Shown here one piece after another: positions 26,356 through 37,509 of a stretch of DNA of 64,000 bases. The notes beneath the pieces were generated by a model, which saw only the letters and a list, made by a program, of their open reading frames with translations, was not told the DNA's origin and did no database searches. Each line of letters begins with the position of its first letter. Position 1 is the stretch's first letter. Origin of the DNA: Hemiscyllium ocellatum (taxonomy: Eukaryota). The position numbers and the translations under genes are program-made. The stretch spans positions 7,384,338-7,448,337 of the forward strand of contig NC_083444.1 in NCBI RefSeq assembly GCF_020745735.1. Reading direction: 5' to 3'.

Positions 26356-26653
26356 AAAGGACAGTACAGGAACAAGTCGATCAACAACTCCTCTGCAAAT
26401 CATTTGCATCTCTTTCGCAACCCGCCTTTCCAGCTATTTTTGCATTTGGCGACACTGCGTTCACTTCCTCCCTGTCGGTCATCAGAGGGTTGGGAGAGGT
26501 GGGAAGGGCACTGGGTAGGATGGGGAACAGGCTTTTCGGAACCATTCCGCCACTTCCACCTGGGTTCAGCGAGAGTGGGGAATGACTGACGCTCGGTGGC
26601 TGTGTGTGTGAACCCAGAAATGAGCTGTTTCTTTGTGTCTCTCCTGCACCCAG

Positions 26654-26926
26654 GGCTCCATCTTCAATGACTGCTGCATCATGTACTGGTGCAACTGCTG
26701 TGGCTGGTGCCAGATCGCGCGGGAGATGAAGGCGCGCAAGAGTGCCGTGACGGTGATTAATGCCAGCACCACCATGCTGCCCCACCCCACCTACGTGCCC
26801 CAGCCTAACTACGCCGGGCAGCCTGGCTACGCTGGGCAGCCTGGCTACGCCCCCCCGCCTGGCAATGCCCCCCAGCCTGGCTACGCACCCCCTGCCAACC
26901 AGGTGGCACCATACCCCCCTAAATGA
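26654..26926 (+). CDS. PLAC8/cornifelin-family protein, last coding exon with Pro/Gly/Tyr repeat tail
   Basis: CAG acceptor 26651-26653, phase 0; GSIFNDCCIMYWCNCCGWCQIAREMKARK completes the PLAC8 domain; TGA 26924-26926; three exons total 570 nt = 189 aa. Confidence 0.92.
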   Translation, partial: GSIFNDCCIMYWCNCCGWCQIAREMKARKSAVTVINASTTMLPHPTYVPQPNYAGQPGYAGQPGYAPPPGNAPQPGYAPPANQVAPYPPK

Positions 26927-27020
26927 AGTGATGGAACCCACCGCAGGAGGCGGGGGCACAGGAGAGACATGGCGACACTCCACGACAAAGATCCGTCCTT
27001 GATGACCATTCCTGTGTAAT

Positions 27021-27026
27021 ATTAAA
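27021..27026 (+). promoter_or_regulatory. Candidate polyadenylation signal (ATTAAA) of the PLAC8-family gene
   Basis: ATTAAA ~95 nt after the stop codon. Confidence 0.5.
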
Positions 27027-27394
27027 GGTTACAGCTAGTGCACTTTAATCTGTCTTTCTCAAGGCTTCGTCTGTTAAGGGAAGGGGCCCGTCCCCGAAAG
27101 GTCTTTCCATTGCATTTCTTTCATCGTTTTGTAATCACTCCCTGTCTCTTTCTTCGATGGGACTATATGTTAGCCTGCTCTCTCTGTATTCCTCACCCCC
27201 TCTCTTTCTCTCACTCTTCCATCCCTTCCCACCTCCTCCCCGTCCTCCCTCCATTTCCCCCACTCTTCATCCCTCTCTGTCTTTCTCCAACCCACATCTC
27301 CACTCCCCTCTCTCTCTCTCTCCAGCCCCCTCCCCATCTTCCCTATCCATTACCTCCCCCCCAATGCTCTCCCTCTCTCTCTCTCTCTCCATTC

Positions 27395-27865
27395 CCCAAC
27401 CCCCCTCTCTCACAGGGAGAGATCTGTACACTGACTGGTGTCTCTCAACCCCTTCTCTCTCAGGGAGATATCTGTACACTGACTGGTGTCTCTCAGTTCC
27501 ACCCCTCTCAGGGAGATATCTGTCCACTGACTGATGGGTGTCTCTCAGTATTCCCCCCCACCCCTCTCAGGGAGATATCTGTACATTGACTGATGTCTCT
27601 CAATCCTCTCTCTCTCAGGGAGATATCTGTACACTGACTGGTGTCTCTCAGTCCCTCTCTCTCAGGGAGATATCTGTACACTGACTGATGTCTCTCAGTC
27701 CCCTCTCTCAAGGAGATATCTGTACACTGACTGATGTCTCTCAGTCCCTCTCTCTCAGGGAGATATCGGTACACTGTCTGGTGTCTCTCAGCCCCCTCTC
27801 TCTCCCTCTCAGGAAGATATCTGTACACTGACTGATGTCTCTCAATCCTCTCCCTCTCAGGGAGA
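27395..27865 (+). repeat. ~47-bp minisatellite, about 10 units
   Basis: Unit ctctcagggagatatctgtacactgactg(g/a)tgtctctcagtccct; period 46-48 bp. Confidence 0.92.
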
Positions 27866-29039
27866 TTTGTGTCTACTCAGGCTTTATCAACTTTATTCAA
27901 TGTCTGAGCCAACTATTAAACTGCTCGGTCTCAGAGTTATATCTTTTGTAAATCTTTTGTCATGATGAAGGACTTAAAAAACCCCTGGTCAAATGAGACC
28001 AGAGAAAAGTTTTAACTGTACTTGCTTCAGCTTCTGTAGAGCAGTGATTAATAATCAAATTCACGCTGTCTGTTCAGGATAATAAATCAGAATAATAAAG
28101 GCATTACCCATCAGTGACTTGTCTTATTTAATTTGGCATAACTCTGCTGTGTTCCACAGACCCTTCCCCAACTGGGCTGTTCTGTTTCTTATTTGGCAAT
28201 GTGTCATTGTTTACTGCTCCTGAGCTTGAGTGGGGGAGGGAGGGGATGTAGGCGGATGTGATGCCAATCAAGTGGGGGTTGCTTTGTCCCCTGGATGGTG
28301 TCGGGCTTGTTGAGTGTTGTTGGAGCCGCCCCCATCCAGGGGCAAGTGGGGAGTATCCAGAGATTGATAGATTCTTGTTGTCTCGAGGAATTAAGGGCTA
28401 CTGGGAGAACGCTGGTAAGTGGAGTTGAAATGCCCATCAGCCATGATTGAATGGCGGAGTGGACTTGATGGGCCGAATGGCCTTACTTCCACTCCTATGT
28501 CTAATGGTCTTATCCCCTCACACTCCTGACTTGGGCCTTGTCAATGGTGGATTGACCTAGGGGACGGAGCTGGTGAGGAAAAAGGGGTGATTTCTGGGGT
28601 TTTTTTTTGAGGTAGGGGGTTGCTATTGGAAGGGGACAGTTACAAAACTTAACAAGATGGAGACTGGGAGGGGAAACTGAGAGGCCGACAGTTTAGAAGA
28701 GTGTAGTGCTGGAAAAGCACAGCCAGTCAGGCACCAGCCAAGGAGCAGGAGAATCGACGTTTGGGTATGAGCGCTTCAGTAAGGGGTGAGAGGCCAGGAA
28801 ACAACCAACAGGCAGGCCAATGGGAAGATATTGGAGAACGTTGTGGGTCCCAGGGGGAGGATGGGAAGAGTTCTAGGCCATGACTGGTTATGGGATGGGT
28901 GGGAGGTAGCAGAAGCAGTTGATTCAGTGAAGCTATTGGTGACAATACAGATAGAAACCATGCAGATGAGAACGTGGAAGGGTAAGGTAAGTATATCTGT
29001 CAAAATTTGAGGAGGTCTCATTACCTTTGGCCTCAAACT

Positions 29040-29665
29040 GCTCATCGAGATAAAATCACGAGGGACACGGATAAGGTGAAGAGCTAAAGTCTTTGCCCTG
29101 GGGTCAGGGAGTCCAAAATGAGAGGGCATAAGCTTAGGGTGAGAGGGGAAAGACTTAAAAGGGACCCGAGGGCAACTTTTTCATGGGTGGTTCATCCAGA
29201 GGAAGGGTAGGCACAGTTACGACATTTGGACATGAATAGGAAGGGTTGATTAGATTAGATTAGATTAGACTTACAGTGTGGAAACAGGCCCTTCGGCCCA
29301 ACAAGTCCACACCGACCCGCCGAAGCGAAACCCACCCATACCCCTACATTACCCCTTACCTAACACTACGGGCAATTTAGCTTGGCCAATTCACCTGACC
29401 CGCACATCTTTGGACTGTGGGAGGAAACCGGAGCACCCGGAGGAAACCCACGCAGACACGGGGAGAACGTGCAAACTCCACACAGTCAGTCGCCTGAGTC
29501 GGGAATTGAACCCGGGTCTTCAGGCGCTGTGAGGCAGCAGTGCTAACCACTGGGTTGAGAGGGACATGGGCCAAACACAGGCAAGTGGGACAGGTTTGGG
29601 ACAACTGGTCAGCATGGATTGGTTGAACCGAAGGGTCTGTTTCAGTACTGTATAATTCCAGACAT
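29040..29665. mobile_element. CR1 3' end (+) carrying a minus-strand V-SINE (29250-29551) with 7-bp TSD
   Basis: gggttga at 29243-29249 and 29552-29558 flanks the SINE. Confidence 0.85.
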
Positions 29666-29684
29666 ATAAAATGACCAGAGGCTA

Positions 29685-29845
29685 GATTAGAGTGGTGCTG
29701 GAAAAGCACAGCAGGTCAGGCAGCATCCGAGGAGCAGGAAAATCGACGTTTCGGGCAAAAGTCCTTCATCAGGAATATTCATCAGGTATGGTGCTTTTCC
29801 AGCACCATTCTGATCTAAACTCCAGCATCAGCAGTCCTGTGTTAG
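29685..29845. mobile_element. Short inverted Penelope-like tail pair
   Basis: Minus tail ending at attcCTGATGA (29776) followed by a plus-strand gcttttccagcaccattctgatc remnant. Confidence 0.7.
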
Positions 29846-29849
29846 GGAA

Positions 29850-32800
29850 CTGGAGCTGGAGTTGGATGAACTTAGGATCATTCAGGAGGCAGAGGGGGTC
29901 ATAGATCGGAGCTTTAGGGAAGTAGTAACTCCAAAGATTGCAGACAGATGGGTGACAGTGAGGGGGACTGGGAGGAAGCAGTCAGTACAGGGACCCCCTG
30001 CAGCCGTTCCCCTCAAGAACAAGTGTACCGTTTTGGAAACTTGTGGGGGGGACGACTTACCAGGGGTAAGCAATGGGGTTCAGGCCTCTGGCACGGAGCC
30101 TGTCCCCGTTGCTCAGAAGGGAAGGGTGGAGAAGAGCAGAGCAATAGTTATTGGAGACTCGATAGTTTGGGGCACAGATAGGCGGTTTTGTGGGGGCGAG
30201 AGAGACTCACGTTTGGTATGTTGCCTCCCAGGTGCAAGGGTGCGTGATGTCTCTGATCGTGTTTTCCGGGTCCTTAAGGGGGAGGGGGAGCAGTCCGAAG
30301 TCGTGGTCCACATTGGCACCAACGACATAGGTAGGAAGAGGGATGAGGATGTTAGGCAGGCTTTCAGGGAGCTAGGTTGGAAGCTCAGAGCTAGAATGAA
30401 CAGAGTTGTTGTCTCTGGTTTGTTACCCGTGCCACGTGATAGAAAGTCGAGGAATAGGGAGAGAGAACAGTTAAATGCGTGGCTACAGGGATGGTGCAGG
30501 AGGGAGGGATTCCGGTTTCTGGATAACTGGGGTTCTTTCTGGGGAAGGTGGGACCTCTATAAACAGGATGGTCTACATCTGAACCTGAGGGGCACCAGTA
30601 TCCTTGGGGGGGAGGTTTGCTAGTGCTCGTTCGGGGTGTTTAAACTAACTCTGCAGGGGCATGGGAACCTAGACTGTAGCTTTAGGGTGCAGGACCTGGA
30701 GGGTAGGGAGGTTAGGAACATGGCATCAATCTCGAAGGAGGGTGCCTGTGAACAGGAAGGTGGCTTGAAGTGTGTATACTTCAATGCGAGAAGTATACGA
30801 AATAAGGTAGGTGAACTTGCAGCGTGGGTTGGTACCTGGGATTTCGATGTTGTGGCTATTACGGAGACATGGGTAGAACAGGGACAGGATTGGATGTTGC
30901 AGGTTCCAGGGTTTAAATGTTTTAGTAGGGTCAGAGGTGGGGTTAAAAGAGGGGGAGGTGTGGCATTGCTTGTCAAGGATAGTATTACAGCAGTGGAAAA
31001 GACGATGGATGAAGACTCGCCATCTGAGGTAGTTTGGGCTGAGTTTAGAAATAGGAAAGATGAGGTCACCCTGTTAGGAGTTTTCTACAGGCCTCCTAAT
31101 AGTCCTAGAGATGTAGAAGAAAGGATTGCGAGGATGATTCAGGAGAAGAGTGAAAGTAATAGGGTGGTTGTTATGGGGGACTTTAACTTTCCAAATATTG
31201 ACTGGGAAAGCTATAGCTCAAGTACGTTAGATGGGTTGGTGTTTGTCCAATGTGTGCAGGAGGGTTTCCTGACGCAATATGTAGACAGGCCAACAAGAGG
31301 TGAGGCTATACTGGATTTGGTTCTGGGTAACGAACCAGGCCAGGTGTTAAAATTGGAGGTAGGTGAGCACTTTGGGGACAGTGACCACAATTCTGTAACT
31401 TTTACTCTAGTGATGGAGAGGGATAAGTGTGCACTGCAGGGCAAGAGTTATATCTGGGGGCAGGGAAATTATGATGCGGTGAGGCATGACTTAGGATGCG
31501 TGGCTTGGAAAAGTAGGCTTCAAGGGAAGGGTGCAATCGATATGTGGAGCTTGTTCAAGGAGCAACTATTGAGTGTCCTTGATAAGTGTGTACCTGTCAG
31601 GCAGGGAGGAAAGGGTTGTGTGAGGGAGCCGTGGTTTAATAAGGAATTGGAATCCCTTGTTAAAGGGAAGAGGGCGGCCTATGTAAAGATGAGGCGTGAA
31701 GGTTCAATTAGGGCGATTGAGAGTTATAAGGTAGCCAGCAAGGATCTAAAGAGAGAGTTAAGATCAGCAAGGAGGGGACATGAAAAGTCCTTGGTTGGTA
31801 GGATTAGGGAAAACCCAAAGGCTTTCGATAGGTATGTCAGGAATAAAAGAATGACTAGGGTAGGAATAGGTCCAGTCAAGGATAGTAGTGGGAAGTTGTG
31901 CGTGGATGCTGAAGAAATTGGGGAGACACTGAATTAATACTTTACGTCAGTATTCACTCAGGAACAGGACATTATTGCCGATGTGAATATTGAGTCACAA
32001 TTAATTAGAATGGATGGCTTTGAGGTATGTAGGGAAGAGGTGTTGGAAATTCTGGAAAGGGTGAAAATAGATAAGTCCCCTGGGCCTGATGGCATTTATC
32101 CTAGGATTCTCTGGGAAGCAAGGGAAAAGATTGCAGAGCCATTGGCCTTGATTTTTATGTCCTCGTTGTCTACGAATAGTGCCAGAAGACTGGAGGATAA
32201 CAAATGTGGTTCCTTTGTTCAAGAAGGGGAGTAGGGATAACCCTAGTAACTATAGGCCGGTGAGTCTTACCTCTGTTGTGGGCAAAGTCTTAGAGAGAAT
32301 TGTAAGGGATAGGATTTATGAACATCTGGATAGGAATAATATGATCAAGGATAGTCAGCATGGTTTTGTGAAGGGCAGGGCGTGCCTCACAAACCTTATT
32401 GAATTCTTTGAGAAGGTGACTAAGGAGGTGGACGAGGGTAAAGCGGTAGATGTGGTGTATATGGATTTTAGTAAGGCGTTTGATAAGGTTCCCCATGGTA
32501 GGCTACTGCAAAAAATACGGAGGTATGGCATTGAGGGTGCGTTGGAGGTTTGGATTAGGAATTGGCTGGCTGGAAGAAGACAGAGGGTAGTAGTTGATGG
32601 TAAAGGTTCATCTTGGAGTGCAGTTACCAGCGGTGTTCCGCAAGGATCTGTTTTGGGACCATTGCTGTTTGTCACTTTTATAAATGACCTGGAGGAGGGG
32701 CTAGAAGGTTAGGTGAGAAAGTTTGCAGATGATACGAAAGTCGGTGGAGTTGTTGACAGTGAGGAAGGATGTGGCAGGTTGCAGCGGGATATAGATAAGC

Positions 32801-33600
32801 TGCACAGCTGGGCAGAAAGGTGGCAAATGGAGTTCAATGTAGGTAAGTGTGAAGTGATTCACTTTGGTAAGAGTAACAAGAAGATGGGGTACTGGGCTAA
32901 TGGTTGGATACCTGGTAGTGTGGATGAGCAGAGGGATCTTGGTGTCCATGTACACAGATCTCTGAAAGTTGCCACCCAGGTAAATAGTGCTGTGAAGAAA
33001 GCATATGGCGTACTGGCTTTTATTGGTAGAGGAATTGAGTTCCGGAGTCCTGAGGTCATGTTGCAGTTGTATAAGACTCTGGTGCAGCTGCATCTGGAGT
33101 ATTGTGTGCAGTTTTGGTCGCCATACTATAGGAAGGATGTGGAGGCACTGGAACGGGTGCAGAGGAGGTTTACCAGGATGTTGCCTGGTATGGTAGGAAG
33201 ATCGTATGAGGAAAGGCTGAGGCACTTGGGGCTGTTTTCATTGGAGAAAAGAAGGTTTAGGGGTGACTTGATAGAGGTGTACAAGATGATTAGGGGTTTA
33301 GATAGTGTTGACCATGAGAATCTTTTTCCACGTATGGAGTCAGATATTACGTGGAAACATAGCTTTAAATTAAGGGGTGGTAGGTATAGGACAGATGTTA
33401 GGGGTAGATTCTTTACTCAGCGAGTTGTGAGTTCATGGAATGCCCTGCCAATAGCAGTGGTGGACTCTCCCTCTTTATGGGCATTTAAACGGATAGTCAT
33501 ATGGAGGATAGTGGGCTAGTGTAGGTTAGGTGGGCTTGGATCGGCGCAACATCGAGGGCCGAAGGGCCTGTACTGCGCTGTATTTTTCTATGTTCTATGT
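29850..33600 (+). mobile_element. Near-full-length CR1 LINE: ORF1 with SGNH/GDSL esterase domain, ORF2 APE endonuclease-RT (disrupted)
   Basis: ORF1 29862-30623 has VIGDS, PGA, HIGTND, D.LHL; ORF2 30636-33519 has [33 protein letters not shown]; stops at 31935 and 32710 and a frameshift near 32175; ctatgtt tail. Confidence 0.95.
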
Positions 33601-34074
33601 TCCTCGGTTTTGCCATAAAAATGACCAGACATCTGTCTCACCAAGGATTTCCATGGCCATGCCTTTTGAGGGCAAAACCTTGGAGACAGAACAATTCTTT
33701 GTGAAAGGGTAATGTCTGTTCTGCGGACGGAAGGCGGAAACGAGAGGGTCAGGTTGGAAAATGCAATCAGGGCGATTGCAAAATGTGAGGCCGTCTAAAT
33801 CTGACTCTGATGCAAATCGTACAGTCATGCAAATCACCAGAGTCCGTGGAACTCAAGCGTAAATGGAACACAGGGCTCACAGATGGATGATAGTTGGAAA
33901 GGCAATGTGAGCGATGTACACAGAGGTATAGAGAGTCAGATGGAGAGATAGACAGATCGATCAACAGATAACTGCAGAGAGCAGCAGTCAGAACTGAATG
34001 TAGTGGAGGAACTCGATGAGACTGACAGAGTTGAGGGTGCTGTAGTAGAAACATCACTAGATCAAAGTCAGACA

Positions 34075-35770
34075 GACATACAGCATGGAAATAGACCTTC
34101 GGTCCAACTTGAACATGCCAACCAGATATCCTAACCTAATCTAGTCCCATTCGGCCCCTATCCCTCTAAACCCTTCCTATTCATATACCCATCCAGATGC
34201 CTTTTAACTGTGATTGTAGCAGCCTCTACGACTTCCTCTGACAGCACATTCCATACACGCACCACCCTCTGTGTGAAAAAGTTGCCCCTTAGGTCTCTTT
34301 TATATCTTTCCCCTCTCACCCTAAACCTATGCCCCTCTAGTTCTGGACTCCCCCACCCCAGGGAAAAGACCTTGTTTATTTACCCTATCCATGCTCCTCA
34401 TGATTTTATAAACCTCGCTAAGGTCACCCCTCAGCCTCCGACGCTCCAGCGAAACCTGCTTGGAATCAGCAAGATGTTATTGAGCTGGAGAGAAGGATTT
34501 ACCAGGATGTTGCCAGGTATGGAAGCTTGACCAGATGGGCCAATGGGCTGAGAAGTGGCAGATGGAGTTTAATTCAGATAAATGTGAGGTGCTGCATTTT
34601 AGGAAAGCAAATCTTAGCAGGACTTATACACTTAATGGTAAGGTCCTAGGGAGTATTGCTGAACAAAGATACCTTGGAGTGCAGGTTCAAAGCTCCTTGA
34701 AAGTGGAGTCACAGGTAGATAGGATAGTGAAGAAGGCGTTTGGTATGCTTTCCTTTATTGGTCAGAGCATTGAGTACAGGAGTTGGGAGGTCATGTTGTG
34801 GCCGTACAGGACATTGGTTAGGCCACTATTGGAATATTATGTGCAATTCTGGTCTCCTTCCTATCGGAAAGATGTTGTGAAACTTAAAATGGTTTAGAAA
34901 AGATTTACAAGGATGTTGCCAGGGTTGGAGGATTTGAGCTATAGGGAGAGGCTGAACAGGCTGGGGCTGTTTTCCCTGGAGCGTCGGAGGCTGAGGGGTG
35001 ACTTTATAGAGGTTTACAAAATTATAAGGGGCATGGATCAGTTAAATAAGCAAAGCTTTTTCCCTGGGGTTGGGGAGTCCAGAACTCGAAGCCATAGGTT
35101 TAGGGTGAGAGGGGAAAGATATAAAAGAAACCTAAGGGGCAACTTTTTCATGCAGAGGGTGGTACATGTATGGAATGAGCTGCCAGAGGATGTGGTGGAG
35201 GCTGGTACAATTACAACATTTAAGAGGCATTTGGATGAATATATGAATAGGAAGGGTTTGGAGGGATATGGGCCGGGTGCTGGCAGGTGGGACTAGATTG
35301 GGTTGGGATATCTGGTCGGCATGGACGGGTTGGACTGAAGGGTCTGTTTCCGTGCTGTAACATCTCTATGACTCTCTGACTCTATTTGAGTTATAAGGAG
35401 AATCTGGGACTTTCTTAACTGAAGTGTCGGAGGCTATGGGGTGACCTTACAGAGGTTTATAAAATTAGGAGGGGTGTAGATAGGGGTAATGGTTGGTGTC
35501 TTTAGGATGGGGGATTTGAAGACTAGAGGACATATGTTTATGGTGAGAGGAGAGAGATTTAAAAAAACACACGGGGGAAGTCTTTTACACAGAGGGTGGT
35601 TCATGTGTGGAACAAACTTCTTGAGGAAGTGATGGATTACATTCAAAAGACATTCAGATAAGGACACGAAGAGGAAAGATTTGGAGGGATATGGCCAGGA
35701 GCAGGGAGGTGGGACTAGTTTAGTTTGGGATTATGGTCCGCACGGACTGGTTGGAGTGAATGGTTTCCGC
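34075..35770. mobile_element. Cluster of CR1 3' fragments (34075-34450 minus; 34530-35385 plus; 35385-35770 plus)
   Basis: ORFs 34535-34897 and 34913-35296 encode the RT C-terminus; tails visible. Confidence 0.85.
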
Positions 35771-35903
35771 GTCATGTGACTCTTTGACTGCAAACTGAGC
35801 TTAACATTCAGCAGGGCCAAGGGTTCAAATCCCGTCATGGTGGGGGGCAAATTCAGACTAAATGTGGAATTAAAGTGTCAGATGTAATGACAACATTTAA
35901 AAA

Positions 35904-36184
35904 TTAGATTACTTACAGTGTGGAAACAGGCCCTTCGGCCCAACAAGTCCACACCGACCCGCCACCCACCCATACATTTACCCCTTACCTAACACTACGG
36001 GCAATTTAGCATGGCCAATTCACCTGACCCGCACATCTTTGGACTGTGGGAGGAAACCGGAGCACCTGGAGGAAACCCACGCAGACACGGGGAGAATGTG
36101 CAAACTCCACACAGTCAGTCGCCTGAGTCTGGAATTGAACCCGGGTCTCAGGTGCTGTGAGGCAGCAGTGCCACCGTGCCGCCC
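35904..36184 (-). mobile_element. V-SINE (HE1-like)
   Basis: Reverse complement of the SINE, with a small deletion in the head. Confidence 0.88.
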
Positions 36185-36360
36185 ATAAAGGATAGGTTAG
36201 GACATTGAAACCAGATTTGGACAGGTATATGAATAGGAAAGGTTTAGGGGGATATGGAGCAAAAGCAGCCAATCAGGATTATTCAGTTTAGGAAACTACG
36301 GCTGAAGGGTCTGTTTCTCTCCTGTGTATGGCTCAGTCGCTGCTGCCAGTTCATAGACTC

Positions 36361-36616
36361 CCCACAGCGTGGAATCAAGTCCTTTGACCCAAGTCCACCC
36401 CTGACTAATGCACCTAGCCTACACATTCTGGGCAATTTAGCATGGCCGACTCACCTTAACCTGCACATCGTTGGATTGTGGGGGGAAGCCTGAGGAAACC
36501 CACACAGACACGGGGAGAATGTGCAAACTCCACACAGACAGTCACCCGAGACTGGAATCAAACCCCAGTCCCTGGTGCTGTGAGGCAGCAGTGCTAACCA
36601 CTGAGCCACCATACCA
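36361..36616 (-). mobile_element. V-SINE (HE1-like)
   Basis: Reverse complement of the SINE head and body. Confidence 0.85.
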
Positions 36617-36914
36617 CAAGTTGTCCAGTAGCAAATCATTCATCCTTACCTTAACAGATCCACAGCGATGTGCAGTTGGCACTTAACCGTCCTCTGGGCC
36701 ATTAGGGATGTGTAATAAATGCTGCCCTTTATGTCAATACGTGATAAAAAGAACAAAAATCTGTGTCTTCTTCCTCTGAGACATTGAGGGATTCATTCCT
36801 TCCAAACTGAAAGGTCTGGTCATCAGGTGAGAAATCTCAGACATCAAAATAGGAACGTATTCTTGGCAGTTCAAATGCCTGAGGGCCGTCTTTAATTGGG
36901 ATTAACCGAGGGAT

Positions 36915-37275
36915 AGGGACAGCACGGGGTTAGCTACAGAGTAAAGCTTTCTCTACACTGTCCCCCATCAAACATTCCCCAGAACAGGGACAGCACTGGT
37001 AAGATACAGAATAAAGCTCTCTGTACACTGACCCTATCAAACACTCCCAGGCAGGGACAGCACAGGGTTAGATACAGAGTAAAGCTCCCTGTACACTGAC
37101 CCTATCAAACACTCCCAGGACAGGGACAGCACAGGGTTAGATACAGAGTAAAGCTCTCTCTACACTGTCCCCCATCAAACATTCCCCAGGACAGGGACTG
37201 CGCAGGGTTAGATACAGAGTAAAGCTCCCTTTTCACTGACCCTATCAAACACTCCCAGGACAGGGACATCATGGG
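36915..37275 (+). repeat. Second array of the ~69-bp minisatellite, about 5 units
   Basis: Same unit as 2986-3565. Confidence 0.92.
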
Positions 37276-37509
37276 GTTACTGAGCAATCCACTCCTTAAT
37301 TCCGCAGATTGAGAACATTGCCAATGGGATTAACCCCTCCCTTCTAGATCCGACTCCTCCTCCCCTGTACCGTTTATACTGAGAGTGAATGGGGCCATTG
37401 ACGATGAGAAGGGAGAAGGAATTCTCAGGGTACAAACTAACTGGAGCAGCAGTTCCACAGTATATCTCTGTCTTATAAGAATTATTCCTGTTGATGGTAA
37501 ATTGATAAT

